This document shows, in pieces, positions 49,750 through 63,678 of a stretch of DNA of 64,000 bases (within the stretch, counting starts at the first letter, position 1; every line of letters starts with the position of its first letter). This DNA comes from Lama guanicoe. Its lineage: Eukaryota. The DNA lies in assembly GCA_013239625.1 (NCBI GenBank), contig MU056303.1, positions 9,604,049-9,668,048 on the forward strand. Reading direction: 5' to 3'. The notes beneath the pieces are model-generated. The model saw nothing but the letters and a program-made list of their open reading frames with translations, was not told where the DNA came from and ran no database searches. A program made the translations under genes and the position numbers.

Positions 49750-50340
49750 CCCCAGGGCAGAGCAGAGTGGAGTCCCCAGAACAAGCGGGAGGAGCCGAGA
49801 GGAGTCCCGGAGGCAGGCGGTGGGAGGAGCCTGATGTGGGGCTGCTAGTTCTCACGCATGCGCACAGGGCCTGGCCAGAGGCTCCCCTCGGCGCGCTCTC
49901 CTGAGGAGGTGCGGTCCGCGTGGGAGCCGCGCTCTTCCGTGGGCCAACCAGGGTGTCCCCGCGAAGGCTGCTCGTGTTAGCCACTCTTAACCCTGTCGCG
50001 CCTACCCAGCAATGCCCGGGCTGTATGTGCAGATGGGCTGGGCCCTGGGCCAGCCTTGCCAGGTAGGCCCTTTTCCTCCCGTCAGACCGCTTTCCCCTCA
50101 CGGGCCGACCCGGGAGGCCCCCAGTGGCCTGGAGGGCGCTTGAAAGTGGGACGCAGAGCTTGGCAGAAGGAGGTTGTGCAGTGGAGGCCAACAGCCGTAT
50201 CCCCGTGTTGCCTGGGGCCACCTGGCAGACAGAAGCACCAAATCCCAGTCATCAGGAGCCTGCGGAGGGACGGGGCGGAGACCTGGCGCCGGCGTGGCTG
50301 GCTTCGCGGCCCGGCCGTGTGCGCCGGCGGGGTTCTCACA
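49750..50340. promoter_or_regulatory. Intergenic CpG island / candidate distal PEBP4 promoter
   Basis: Local CpG enrichment, NRF1-like CGCATGCGCA 49855-49864, GC box GGGGCGG ~50272, donor cag|gtaggc at 50063. Confidence 0.6.
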
Positions 50341-52699
50341 CTCTCCCTGCCTCAGTTTCCTCGTCAGAAAAAACGGGGATATCATCCCGTCCCTCATGAA
50401 GTACCTGTGAGGACAAAGGGGGTGACACGTGGAGAACAGTTAGAAGAACCACTAGCAAAGGCTCGGTAGAGGTAAGTTAATATTAATTAATCCAATGAGT
50501 TCTCGCGTATTTAGTGGCAGAATCATATTGTCCAATTATATATATATAACATATATATTACATATAGAGAGGACAAATTTCGTAAGTAGAACTCTACTTT
50601 AGAAAGCATATCAATGCCCCTCATTGGCACTTTCCTCCCCACACCCCCAAAGGTTCCCAAAGCACCTCCAAACAGCACAGGTTGAAAACCATCCCCCCAA
50701 ATCCACCCTTGTTCCAAGAGCGGAATCCCTTCTGCAATGGCTCTGGCGGGGCTTCAAAGGGCCTGTGTCTAAACATTTTGCTCATGGGTCCCTGCGGTTC
50801 CCCAGGTGGCCCAGCAGGGACCTGGTCAGCCTGTCCCCAGGAGCCAGCCTGATGACAGTGGAGGCTGCCTGTGCGTGGCTTGATCAAGCTCCTCCCCGGA
50901 GCCACGGAGGATGAGGCTTCCCTCAACTCTTCCCCCACGAACACTTGGGCTTGATTTGAAATGATTACACATGTAGACGCCAAGTATAAAATAAACAATC
51001 CACCCAAGTTCCCAAAGGATCCATCGTGATCTTAGCAGGTATTTTCCTTACAAAGCCTCCTCCCCAGGTAGGCATCCGGGACGACACCTGGGAGATGAGG
51101 AAGATAAGAAGGCCCAGAGAGCTCACCCTCATTTTCCCTCTGAGGTCTCAAATGACTTTCCCAGTGAAGAGCAAAACCTGGCCCCGACCCAGGTCTGCTT
51201 TTTATTGCTGGGCTGTTGTCCATGAACAGACTGAAACACCAGCCAGGCCTCTGGCAGCTCCCAGTGCGCACTTGAGGTTGTTGGTTTGGGGCTTAAATGA
51301 CTTGGCTGCTTTCACTCCTCCACTGTGCAGCCCTATGGCATCCAGGCCTCAGACTCAGCGCCGCTCAGAAGGGATTGATTGGTATGCAAAGACTTGGGGG
51401 CCCCAGCCACCAGCACCGAGCCAAGAGCAGGTAGGAGGCATCGGGGTGGTTGATGTGACAGCAGGGAAACGATCAGGTGTCAGAGCCTGGGCTCAGGCAC
51501 GCTGCAAGGATTTGATGCATTAGTTCTAGTCCCCCTCAAGGAAAAAGGATGAGCTTAGTCAGCAGCCTCTGAGACTCATTGCAAATACCCCTTCTGCTGT
51601 GAAGTCTTCCTCCTTTCTGGTCTCATTTCCTTCCGGTGCCCCTACTCTTGAGTCTATTTTATTACGGCTCTTATCCCTGGCTGCCTGGTTTTACTATGGG
51701 TTAAGTAAATACCTGGCCTTCCCGTTAAACTGTGGAAGCAAACATTATGTTGTATTTCTCCTGGAGAAGATCCCCAGGGCTTAGAACACTTCTTTGCACA
51801 TGGGTGGGCCCAGTGGATATCACTGAATTGGCCACTATTCCAGTCACCTTTCCCAGCAGGGACCAGCTGAAGTCATCTCTAGACCCGATTTAGACCACTG
51901 CTTTTTTCTTTTTTTCTTTTTTTCTTCTGTAGTTGCACATTGATCTAGGGGCAAGGGGTGATACATCTTCAGAGATATGCAGTACTTGGCCCAGAGAGGA
52001 CCCCAGTAGATGTCTGTCAATTGAATAGATTAACAAATAGGATGAGACATGGAGAAAGTGTCTAGGAGGGAGGATCCAAAATGTCCCAGGACCATTGCAG
52101 TTTGAGTGAGCTGTGAATCAGAGATAGACCTTGTTGCAAAAAAGGAATGTTTGTGTCAATAGGCCTTTGGAATGAAGCTGGGAAATGTAAGTGGCCTAGG
52201 ACCATCCAGTATGGTGTTAACATAGGCTTTGGATTCAGGCAGGTTTGGGTTGCGATCTGGCTCTTCCATTTATTATGTGACACCAAGCTTCAGCTGTAAG
52301 ATGGGGATAATAGTGCCCACATCATAGGACAATGGGAAGGGTTAAATTAGATAGGGCTGGTTTTGTGCTCACACACTGCTTTGCACACGGCCAGTGCTCA
52401 GTCAATGGAAGCTATCATTGTCATCGGAATAGATACAGTGGCCCAAGGCATCTAAGGACGCATGCTGGCCCTACTCCCACTTCACATAATCCTGTGTGCT
52501 CAGTGCTCAAGCAATTCCATCCTACTCTAGTTCACCAACCCCCAGAGCTCTTCTATGCCCCAGTGCCTTTGCACATGGGATACTCTTCTCCTGTTCCTTT
52601 TTCAAAGCCTTCCGTGATCCTCACTCCTGAAAGATAACCAGAACCTTTATACCCCTTGGATTTTAATTAATAGAGGTGACCTAGACATGACAGGGAAAG

Positions 52700-53196
52700 C
52701 TCAATGCCATTGAAATAACTTATTACTTACAATTTCCAAAAGACAGGGGCATACCACACCACCCGGGGAAGCACCAGGGTCGATAAGGAAGCAGGAGGAA
52801 TAAGGGGAATGCATGGCTCAGAGCCTTCATTATGTTTTCCATGGATAGGAGGGGGATGAGGCAGGTTAAACAGCTGAACAAGCTTAGATTGAGTAGTTTG
52901 AATAATGTTATCAGACTGTGGTCTGTAGAGTGGTCTCTAGTGTCTGGTGCCTGGCCCTGGGGGTGACTTAGGGCAGGGGACTTACAGGCTTGGTGGGTGA
53001 GAGTTAGATAAAGGAGGTGGTTAGGGGTATAGGTTGGAAGTTGGTCAGTTTGTACACGAAAGATGTGTTCCAAGGTGAGTTGTTCACTCTCTCTAGGAAC
53101 CAGCTAGCTCTGGGAGGGGCATCTCTCCCCAGCCAGCAAGAAACCCAGGTGTCAAATCATCACACAATGCCTAAAACAAAACACATGATTAATATA
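52700..53196 (-). mobile_element. MER74-like solo LTR
   Basis: Reverse complement of the motifs in 1-423 and 34655-35200. Confidence 0.75.
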
Positions 53197-53502
53197 CCCT
53201 CCTCTTTACCCTGGGGATTCTTCTACAGCTGAACTCAGCACACTGTTGGCAGTTTTGCTGTTGTTGTCTGGATGTATAGCCTCCTTGTTCAGCTGTGAGG
53301 TCATCAAGGCAGGGTCTGCATCTTGTTCATCTTTGTACCTTTGGCATCTGTCAAGTGCCTGCCACCAGGCTATGTTTAATACAGTGATTCTTGGGCTTGG
53401 CTGATCATGAGAATCCCATGGGAAGCTCTTAAAAAGTACCGACATCCAAGCCTTACCCTAGAGATTCTGACTTAATTCATCTGTAGTGTATGAATTTCCA
53501 CT

Positions 53503-53634
53503 TGGGATGGGTTAATAACTCAGTGGTAGAGCACACGCTTAGTATGCACGAGGTCCTGAGTTCAATCCCCAGTGCCCCTATTATAAAAGAGAGAGCGAGA
53601 GAGAAAAAAAAAAAAAAAGAAAACAAGGCACTTT
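53503..53634 (+). mobile_element. Camelid-type tRNA-derived SINE next to a MER5-like element (53382-53485)
   Basis: AACTCAGTGGTAGAGC, GAGTTCAATCCCC, (GA)n/A tail, TSD TGAATTTCCACT at 53491-53502 and 53635-53646. Confidence 0.9.
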
Positions 53635-56454
53635 TGAATTTCCACTGATTCCTTGAATTTCCTGGGAGGCATTTTCCAGAAGGAACCAAGATTGTGGACC
53701 CAGATGTAGTCATTTCAAACACAGAGGGAAACCCAGGTCCTGAAAGCCAAGGACTTGCCTGGGCATGGTCGCCTGTTGCAGAAGCATCCACTGCCCATTT
53801 TGGTAGAACATTCCCTGCTAAACAGTTAGCAGGCCTGGCAGACCTTGGCTTTGAACCAGTGTTGTTCTTCTAGGGCTCCAGGCCACGCTCATTGAGGAAG
53901 GGGCTCTCGCTCCACCCAAAGCTAGAACCCATTCCTGCCTCTCTCCTGTCCGTGTCTGTGAGCCTTTTGCTCTAAACAGTAAGGTGCTATTCATCTTCCT
54001 CAGGGACTCTGGTCTCTATGGTTTAACCACCATCCCTCTGCAGCTTTCTTTTTGTGCATCCTTCCTTAGTGCCTCTTCTGCCTGCTTTACAGTGTATCTT
54101 GAAAGGTAGGAGAATTGTCTCTGTGATTTCCGGTCTTTTCCATAGAGTCCTTGGAAGGAGGAATGCCAGAAAACCCACCCATCCTTCTTTCCTATTCTCT
54201 GCCACCCTACCTATTAGCTCCTCCCTGGAACTCCCTGGAACTTTCTCCAACTGCCTCTCCAACGACCAACCGCTGTCTCCTTTCCTGGCAATCCAGGAGC
54301 CTCCCCGACACTCTCAGTTGCTCAACACCACCAGACCCTGATCGCCTTAAGGGCCCAAACTCTGGGGCATCCTGGAGGGAACTTGCTCCCCACCTTCTCC
54401 AGCCCAGAAACCTGCCAAGGTTTCTCGCCTCCCCACAGCCACCACCCCACAGCTCCGGCACTGCTCTGGGTAAGTGACAGGGCTCTTCTCCCCCGTGTGA
54501 GCTATGAGGTGTGAGGCAGGGACTTTCCATTAGGACCAGCCGGAGTGATGGAGTGACAGAGAGAAGGGAGGGGCCTCAGGAATGAGAACTGGGGCCTGGA
54601 GAACTTAAGAAAATTCGTGTTGAGGGTGGTGTATCCGATTTCTTCACTCTAGTATGATTTGTGCCATTTCTACGTGCTTGTCTCTGAGCATCAAACATTT
54701 CTTCACTTTTCCTAGAAAGGGCTCTTTGGCACTTTTCTCACTGCTAGAGTTCTGAGCTGGGATGAGCACTACTGATTTAATTCAGACAGGTCTTACTTAG
54801 GAAGTAAGTAACAGACTAAGGAAGTTTCCTTCCTTTGTGGGGTCCTGATTTCTCCATCCATAGGAAGAAAGATCCCAATTTCCTCCCATCTTTAAATGTG
54901 GGGAGAATCGGAGATTGGCTCTATTCAGGAAAGAAGGGGGCTAGGTCAGTATGCAGCTCTGGTAGGCTCTAAGTTCAGTTCTCACCTCCACAAGGAGAAA
55001 CAAAATGTTCAACCTTCCGAGGATGACATGGCGGCAAATGAACCTGAAAAGAGCCACCATTTCATTGCGTGTCTGGGGCTTTCCATTCTGCGGATGAAGT
55101 GATTCATTAATACATACAACATATGGCTAAAGAAGTGGGCTTACTAGTTCAATGATTGGTTGCCGAGACCAACAGGCTGGGGCTCTTGGAAAGGAGAGCT
55201 TGTGTCCCTGGAGTGAAGTGGCCCAGGCCCCCAGCTTCTGGCCACAGGTCTAGCAGAACCATCGGCTAAGAGAAGTGGTTTGGGCAGGACCAGGGCTGAG
55301 CTTTTCTCATGGGCACCCCTCTAGTCCCCTCACTCTTAGGAAATATGACTGCTAGGAAATGCAGCTCTCGAGCTCTCTCTGCCACTGCCCCCACCAGTGC
55401 CTGTATCTTCTGCTTGATAAGTCAAATATCTACAACTCAAACTGTGATGGATGGAAGGAAAGCAAGCATTTCTCAAAAACAGCAAGAATAGAAATGACGT
55501 TTGGATACTTTTACATTCTAAGACAGTTTCCAAATTGGTCATCTGAAATAACAGGTGACTAAAAAGCGATGAGTTGGAGTTGATAACAAAAAGATGGTGG
55601 CCCAAGTGCCTTTTGGGAGACTGTGGGGTTCTTTCTTGTTCTTTAGATATGAAGGACAACAGAAGGTCAGAATAGTCTGTCTTCGACGTATCTTTTTAAA
55701 CTGTGCATGCTTTTTTATTTAATTATTTATCAAGTAGCTACTATGTTCTGAGTGCTGTGGTAATGCAGGGACAGCCAGGGCCCATATGGGATGAAATATA
55801 TGCACAGAACTAGATCCGAAGGAAGATAGTGATGACTGCTCTCAAAGGAGGAACAAACTGCCCTGGAGCTCAAGTGAGACCCAGATCAGATTACCAGAGG
55901 AGGAGGTGGGGTCTTTGGGAAGTCTGTATCCACCCCACCCTCCCTTATTCCCTTACTTCTTTGAGTGGTAATTGAGCACTTGCTGTTTCCCAGGCCCTGT
56001 GCTAGGTGCCAGACACAATTCACAGGACACATATGGTCCTTTCCCCATAAAGATAACGGACAAACACATGTAAATGGCAAATAAAAATAGTCTAATATCT
56101 ACCATCATGGTGGAAACATTGCAGATACTGGATGTAGATATTAGAGGATATCCAAAAAGTCTCCCCAGAAGAAGTGATGTTTAAGTAACACCGAAAGTAT
56201 GAGCAGAAGTTTGCCATGTGGGTCGTGGGGCAGGAAAGAATGACTCTCCTTGCAGAGAGAACAGCTTGTGCAGAGGCCTTAGGGTGGGAGAGAGCAGAGC
56301 TGGGAGGATGGAGAGTAGTTTACAAGGCTGACTAAGTTGTCTATACAGTGAGGAAAATGGATTCGCCAGTGTTTCAAAAGTGGGCTCTACAGAACACTAG
56401 TTTCTTAAATTTATTCGTATGTGCTCACATGTGTGTGTGCATGTGCACTTGTGT

Positions 56455-57607
56455 TAAAATATATGTAACATAAAATTTACCATTTCAAGTGTACAATTCA
56501 GTGGCGTTAATTACAGTCACAGTGTTGTACAAGTATCACCACTATGCATTTCCAAAACACTTGTTTCAGAAAGAAGATCTGTAATCATTAAGCAATAACT
56601 CCCAATTCCCCAGCCCCTGGAAACCATTCTGATTTCTATGAATTTGATGATTCCAGGTACCTCTTATAGGTGGAAACCCACAGTATTTGTCTTTTTGTGG
56701 CAAAATGTCTTTTTCACTTGGCAAAATGTCTTTATGGTTCACCCAAGTTGTAGCATATGTCAGAGTTTCCTCCTTTTATGGCTGCATAATATTCCATTCT
56801 ATGTATACACTACATTTTGTTTATCTAGTCACCTGTTGATGGATGCATGGGTCATTTTCACTTTTTGGCTGCAACGAACATTGGTATACGAGTATCTGTT
56901 TCAGTCCCTGCTTTAAGTTCTTGTGACTGTATGTCTAGGAGTAGAATTGTTAGATTATATGGTGGTTCTATGTTTAGCTTTTTGAGGAACCACTAAACTG
57001 TTTTCCACTGTGGCTACACCATTTTACATTCTCATCAGCAATGTACAAGCGTTCCCATTTNNNNNNNNNNNNNNNNNNNNNNNNNNNNNNNNNNNNNNNN
57101 NNNNNNNNNNNNNNNNNNNNNNNNNNNNNNNNNNNNNNNNNNNNNNNNNNNNNNNNNNNNNNNNNNNNNNNNNNNNNNNNNNNNNNNNNNNNNNNNNNNN
57201 NNTTTCCTCATGTGTTTATCAGCCATTTGTATATCTTCTTTGGAGAAATATCTAGTCAAGTATTTTGCACAATTTTTAATTAAATTGTTTGTTTTGTTGT
57301 TTTTGAGCTGTAGGAGTTCTTTTATATATCCTGGATATTAATCCTTTTCAGGCATATGATTCACAAATATTTTCTCTCCTTCTGCAGTTGTCTGTTCACT
57401 GTCTTGATAGGATTTTTTGATGCTAAAAGTTTTTAATTTTGATGAAGTCAAATTTATCTAGTTTTTATTTTGTTTGTGTTTTTGGTGTCATATTCAAGAA
57501 ATTGTTGACAAATGACAAATCCAACGTTATAAAGCTTTCCCCTATGCTTTCTTCTAAGGGTTTTATAGTTTTAGCTCTTACATTTAGGTCGTTGACCCAT
57601 TTTGAGT
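56455..57607 (-). mobile_element. L1M (L1MA/MB-like) 3' region
   Basis: AAAATTTACCATTTCAAGTGTACAATTCAGTGG; TTTTGAGGAACCACTAAACTGTTTTCCA; TTTATAGTTTTAGCTCTTACATTTAGGTC. Confidence 0.85.
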
Positions 57608-58279
57608 ATTCACCCACAATCTTTTGCCACAAGTGTCTGTAGGTCTGTAGTCTGCCTACAGCTTTCATGGACAATGCCCTCTCCTTATCCCCTCTGAGAT
57701 CCGAGTTAGGCAAAACAAAGACCTGTCCTTCTGGAAATCCCTGGACAGGTTAGAACATTGCAATAAGGTCTGCTCTGCACCCTCTGGCTTGAGGGAGGAA
57801 ACTGGTAACTGGGCTGCAGTCTCCTCCAAAACAACACTGAACTATGCCAAGGAAGGGGTGAGGCAAAGGCAAGTGAAAACACTGTGAAATCTCCTACCAT
57901 GTTGAAGGTAGCTTTTTTTGAGCAGATATCACCCAGGGTTGGTAGCAAGGCTTGGAGCCAGAAGAAAAGTCCCCATGCCAAGTAGCAATGTCTTCAGTGA
58001 GCAAGGAGTGCTAGGAAGGCAAATGACACCAATTAGGATGGATTCAGATGGAGTAAGCCCCAAGAAGTTTAGATTTTCACAAGAGGACTGGGCATTCATG
58101 GTCTAGAAGCAGCAGTAGGGAGTGAGGTACTCATCAACCTTACCTCTCAACCCTGAGATACGTGAGGGATGGCAGACAGAGCAGCCCCCATATAAAAGGA
58201 CTGCAGGGAAGTAGCTTCTCAAGGGGAAAGGGAGGTTCTGGGTGTGGCCAGAGGTGAAGGTAAAGGGGTTTCAAGGGAG

Positions 58280-60355
58280 AAAGCAAAATCTTCTTAGTAA
58301 ATGGTGTTGGAACAACTGGATAGCTACATGCAAAAGAATAAAATTGAACCTGTACCTAACACATACAAAAATTAACTCGCAATGGCTCGATGATATAAAT
58401 GNNNNNNNNNNNNNNNNNNNNNNNNNNNNNNNNNNNNNNNNNNNNNNNNNNNNNNNNNNNNNNNNNNNNNNNNNNNNNNNNNNNNNNNNNNNNNNNNNNN
58501 NNNNNNNNNNNNNNNNNNNNNNNNNNNNNNNNNNNNNNNNNNNNNNNNNNNNNNNNNNNNNNNNAGTACACTATCAAGAAAATAAAAGGACAACCAACAG
58601 AATGGGAGAAAATATTTATAAATAAAATATCTGATGAAGGTCCACGGTTCTCACACCCGTTCCAATGTGTGAGGTTTTTCCCCTACACCAGGCAAGTCTC
58701 TGAAACCAGCTGGGTGTCCTACACTTCCACTCAATTCTGATTGTATTTGCTTGAACATAGCATCAGATCACATAAGTAAGGGGTCAGTCTTACAAGACTG
58801 CCTCCCCTACCCCAGTTTCTCCTGCCAGTCGAAAGTCCAGGTTGTTACCTGGGCTTTTGACCTACTGGCTATAGATTAGAGGTTCCAATGACTGCTTTCT
58901 TGAGTTGATTAATTTGCTAGAGTGGCTCACAAAACTAAGAAAAACATCTTACTTACTAGATCACAAGTTTATTACAAAAGGATATAACTCAGGAACAATC
59001 TCAGAAGAGATGTTTAGGGCAATATATGTTGGAAGGGGCATGGAATTTCCACGCTCTCTGAGTGTGCCACTCTTCCGAAATCTCCGCATGTTCACCGATT
59101 CAGAAGCTCTCTAAATCCCATCCTTTAGGATTTTTCTGGAGGTTTCCTTACATAGATATGATTGATTGAATCAATCATCAATGGCCAATAATGCAATCCC
59201 CAGCCCCTCTCCCCTTCATGGAGGAACTTTCAGTTCCTCCCCTCCAATCACGTGGTTGGTTCCCCTGGCAACCAGCTTCTGTTCTTAGGTGCTTTCCAAA
59301 AGTCACCTCATTAACATAAACTCAGATGAGATTGCAAGGGGTTTGTTATAAGTATTAAGATACTTTTGTCACTCTTATCAGTTAGGAAATTTCCAAGGTC
59401 TTTAGGAACTCTGTGCCAGAAATGGAATGAAGACCAAATATATATATTTCTTATTATAAATCTCAAAATCACAGTGTCTAAAATCCAAAATAGATAAAGA
59501 ACTCATATAACACAATAAAAAGACAACCTGGTTTTAAAATGGGCAAAAGGATTTGAATGAACATTTCTCTAAAGAAAATATACAGATAGCCAAAAGCTCG
59601 TGGAAAGATGTTCTACATCATTAGTCATTATTAAAATGCAAATCGAAACCACGTGAGATACCACTCTATGCCCACTAGGATGGCTATAATCAAATAGAAA
59701 GAAATGCTAGAGAGGATGTGGAGAAATAGAACCCTCATTGCTGGTAGGAAGTTAAAATCTAACTTTGGAAAACAAACTAGCAGGTTCTCAAAATGATAAA
59801 CTTGGAATTACCATATGACTCAACAGTTCTACTCCTAGGCATAACTCAAGAATTGAAAGTATATGTTCACACGCACACACAAAATGTGTNNNNNNNNNNN
59901 NNNNNNNNNNNNNNNNNNNNNNNNNNNNNNNNNNNNNNNNNNNNNNNNNNNNNNNNNNNNNNNNNNNNNNNNNNNNNNNNNNNNNNNNNNNNNNNNNNNN
60001 NNNNNNNNNNNNNNNNNNNNNNNNNNNNNNNTACATGATACAACGTGATAAAACTGCTATGCTAAGTGAAAGAAGCGTGTCACAAAACAATGCATATAGT
60101 ATAATTCCCCTTGTGTGAAATTTCTGAATAGGCAAATCTATGAAGGCAAAGTAGATTAGTGATTTCCAGGTTCTAGGGGAGGAAGAAATGGAGAGTCATT
60201 GCTAATGAGTTTTTTGGGTTTCTTTTGGGGTGGTGAAAATGTTAAGTGATGATGGTTGCATATCCTTCAGTGATTTTTATACTAAAAGCCCCTGAAATGT
60301 CCATGTTAAAAGAGTGAATTTTGTGGTATGTGAATTAATTTCAGTTTTTTTTTAA
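58280..60355 (+). mobile_element. L1MB-like ORF2 end/3'UTR interrupted by a MER21-like LTR
   Basis: AAATGGTGTTGGAACAACTGGATAGC (KWCWNNW); AATGGGCAAAAGGATTTGAATGAACATTTC; GTGAATTTTGTGGTATGTGAATTA. Confidence 0.85.
58640..59473 (-). mobile_element. MER21-like LTR
   Basis: CCAGCTGGGTGTCCTACA; GATTAATTTGCTAGAGTGGCTCACA; CCAAATATATATATTTCTTATTATAAAT. Confidence 0.8.
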
Positions 60356-61504
60356 ATGAGGAATGAAAGAAAAGAATGAGGGGGAATTTGGTCACTGCGG
60401 TTCAGAGATTCCAGAAGGCATAAATGGGAAGATTGAGGAGGGAGGGAAAGCATGAGAATCCGTGTCTGGGTAGAGAAAGGTGACACTTTGGCAGCGAGTG
60501 ATGGGGGTGTCAGGCATGGGAGGTCTGGAGGGATGAGAAGGGGTAAAGAGTTCTAAGAGCACTGGTCCAGTAGTTCTGGGTGTCTGGAGGGACCAAGGCA
60601 TCTCAGGAAGCCAAAAGTTTGGGCCTGATTGACGGTGTTGGGAGGTGGTCTCAGCCCAGGTGACCAAAGGAAGAGAAGGCAGCTTCAGGGGTGGGCACCG
60701 AGGGGTCTGGAGATGGTGTTTCCAGGGTGAGGCAGTTGAGCAAAACAGGCTGGTGATGGGCAGGGGGAGCTGTGCCCTTCAGGCTTGAACGTGGCTCCTC
60801 AAACTTGGACTCTGAGTATGAAGTCCCCTGACTCCCCAAGGGATGGATCAGATTCAAAAACACTGAGAACCACTGCATTCTGTCAGATCTCTCTGTATGA
60901 AAACAAGCCAGAGAAGTTTAGATAAATAAGCCAACGGGTCCAGGGCCAGGGGCCAACCTGAGTGGTTAGTTTCCTACTGATGTTTATAGAGTTAGGAGAT
61001 AATAAGTGAAAATAAAGACTATCAGAGACAGAAGTGGTGAATTCGTCAGACATTCAAACGAGAATTTCTTTAGCATCTAGACCCACCAGGGACTGCGCTT
61101 GGAAAGCCAGATGCAGACTAGGTACTGCTTCCAAGAAGCTTGTAGGCTGATGGGCGGGGAGACTAGAAGCAAATCGCTAAGCAAATAATTTTACAAACAT
61201 ATCAGAACAACAGAGAAAAGAGTAAATTGCTCTGATTCTGTGTAACAGGAATCTCATGGAGCCTGGGGGATCAGAGCAGGTTTCTCTGGGGAAATGACAC
61301 TTCAGGGGTAGGAAGTCGGGCTTGCATCGGAAGGCCCTGGGGCAGGAAGGAGCTGAGGGTCAGGCGGAGAGCAGAGAGATGGGGCTAGAGAGACAGGAGG
61401 ACCCAGATCTTGCCGAGCCTTGTGCTGCCTAGAAGAGCCCAGGCTTTATTCCAAGAACAAAGGGAATAGAGGTGGAGCCAGCAGGGACACAGCAGAGCTG
61501 CAGA

Positions 61505-61720
61505 GGGGGCAGTAGAGCAGAATGGTTAAAGAGGGTGGAGTCTGCAGTCAGATGGCATGGATTCAAATCCCAGGCCAGTCACCTACCACCCATTTGACCC
61601 AGGTCCAGGTTAGCTAACCTCTCTGTTCCTCAGTCTCCTCCTCTGTAAAATGGGGTCACAATAGTACCTACCTCAGAAAATCATCATTGTGAGAACTCAT
61701 TGCTGAAAGTGTGGTGCGCA
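61505..61720 (+). mobile_element. MIR SINE
   Basis: GATTCAAATCCCAGG...AACCTCTCTGTTCCTCAGTCTCCTCCTCTGTAAAATGGGG. Confidence 0.8.
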
Positions 61721-63226
61721 TGGAGTAAGGAGGAGTTGCTGACGTGAGTGGGCTCAACATGGGCAACTGTGCACGATGGACTTGCCCCTATCTCCAGAGA
61801 GCCATTCGTTACTGGGGCTACAGGCTGTTGGCACCCAGGAACGTTCTGGTTTCTCTGGTGACTGCCACTCTGAAGACAAGAGTCTCTCGGCCTTGAATGA
61901 CCATTCTGGCACCGTCATCCTCTGGCTCCAGCTGCTCCGAGAGCTTCATTAGGACAGAGACCATGCTCAGGCTATACCCCCGGGGCCAGCCCAGGGCTCG
62001 CACTTAGGAGGTGCTCTTATCTGTTGCTGAGACGGATTGCAAATGGGTGGATGGGTGGATGGATCTGTGGAAGAATATTCACACTAGCCACTAATTATTG
62101 AGCACTCCCTGTGTGCCAGGCACCTTACTAAGGGCTTCACGGAAGTCATTTCATGTCATTCTTACAACTGTCTTGCAGGGAGGCTACTGGGAGACACTTC
62201 CCAGTGGCAGAGATCTTGGGGGAGCCCTAGTCATACTTCAGGGAGTCCAGTTATGGAGTGTTTAGTTTGTAGCCCCAAAGAAGGGCTTTTTGCTGAAAGT
62301 TGGGATCCTGGAAGCAGGAATTCAACCTGAAAGCAAGCTCTGCTGCAAATGGTTTCTCTAAAGATCCAGCCGCATGTACTTTATAGCCACCATCTCCTCT
62401 TCATTAGCCAGGCACAGGGGAGACAGGGCCGTTTTACTCGTCTTTGAAAGGGCAAGTGGTACATCCTAGGGAGGCAAGAGGGCCATGGGGCATGTGGCAG
62501 ATTAGAACCCAGGAGTCAGCAGTACCCCCCTCCCCAGGGTGGGAGAACTGCCTTTGATCTTCCCCATGCTGGCTGTTTCCCATCAGAGCCCTACACGCTC
62601 CTGCCTGGAGGCCTGTTTCCCAGAAGGCATGCAGGCCTCCCTGCCTTCCCATCCATCCCAGCCGAGTTGTTCAGCGTGGCTCAGCCCCAAGGCCCTGCTT
62701 CCTCCCAGCTCAACACTGTGCGCACTACCCCTTTCCTGAGCAACTCTGCCGGGCTTCTTCTCCAGGGACTATTATTTTGAGAGAGTGCTGAGTTCAGCAC
62801 CACTGCAAGGTGCAGCCGGATGCGTCCTTCTGTCCTCAGCTGGCCCTTCAGAGCTGGCCTCGGGGCCGGGTGACCCCCCCCACCCCGTCTCCACCTGCCC
62901 CGTGCAGCAACCCCTGCTACACAGGGTCACCGCAGCCAACCAGGGCCACCACCCCACAGCCCCGAGGCTGTCAAGACAGGTGGCAGAGGGGCTGGGGGTG
63001 GGAGAAGCAGAGCTTGCCAGGGGAACAGCCCAGCCTCACTCCTGCACTTAGAAAACCCAGCAAGGTCAGGCTCTCATGAGGACCCCCAGAACCTGAAATC
63101 TGGGGTCACTAGTCTCCTTTAAGGGTTTGCCTTAAAGCCAAAGGAGCAGGTTGGCCCTCAGCCGTCTGACTGCACATGGGGCAGCAGGGGGGTCAGGGTG
63201 CAGGATGAGGGGCTGTGCGAGGGGCT

Positions 63227-63234
63227 TTTATAAG
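63227..63234 (+). promoter_or_regulatory. PEBP4: TATA box of the PEBP4 proximal promoter
   Basis: TTTATAAG ~95 nt upstream of a consensus donor. Confidence 0.7.
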
Positions 63235-63257
63235 CCTTCCTGCCCAGCAGCCTGCTC

Positions 63258-63327
63258 TGTGCCCTGGCAGCCTAGCAGAGTGACAGCAAAGTCCTGCTCT
63301 GATGGAGGCGGGGCCTCAGCCAGGACT
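63258..63327 (+). other. PEBP4: PEBP4 exon 1 (5'UTR; TSS estimated ~30 nt after TATA)
   Basis: Donor act|gtaagt at 63328. Confidence 0.7.
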
Positions 63328-63429
63328 GTAAGTTGAGTCCAGCTGGGAGGAGGTCCAGGTCCACCCAAGGTATTTGTGTCAGTGAATTAGCTGCAGAGCC
63401 CAGGCAGTGCCTGGCCTTCTCCCTGCTGA

Positions 63430-63678
<249 letters not shown>

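Noticed and set aside
53503-53580. tRNA-like A/B boxes
   Set aside because: SINE head with A-tail and TSD, not a tRNA gene; the same applies to the other four copies
54600-55700. Unique-looking sequence with protein-like snippets (HFIACLG, PFGRLWGSFLFFRYEG)
   Set aside because: Many stops in all frames and no consistent splice chain; the IACLG likeness to PLA2G4C lacks the GSGGG motif
56455-60355. Inverted pair of L1 fragments
   Set aside because: Old, diverged, apparently independent insertions; no sign of a functional inverted repeat
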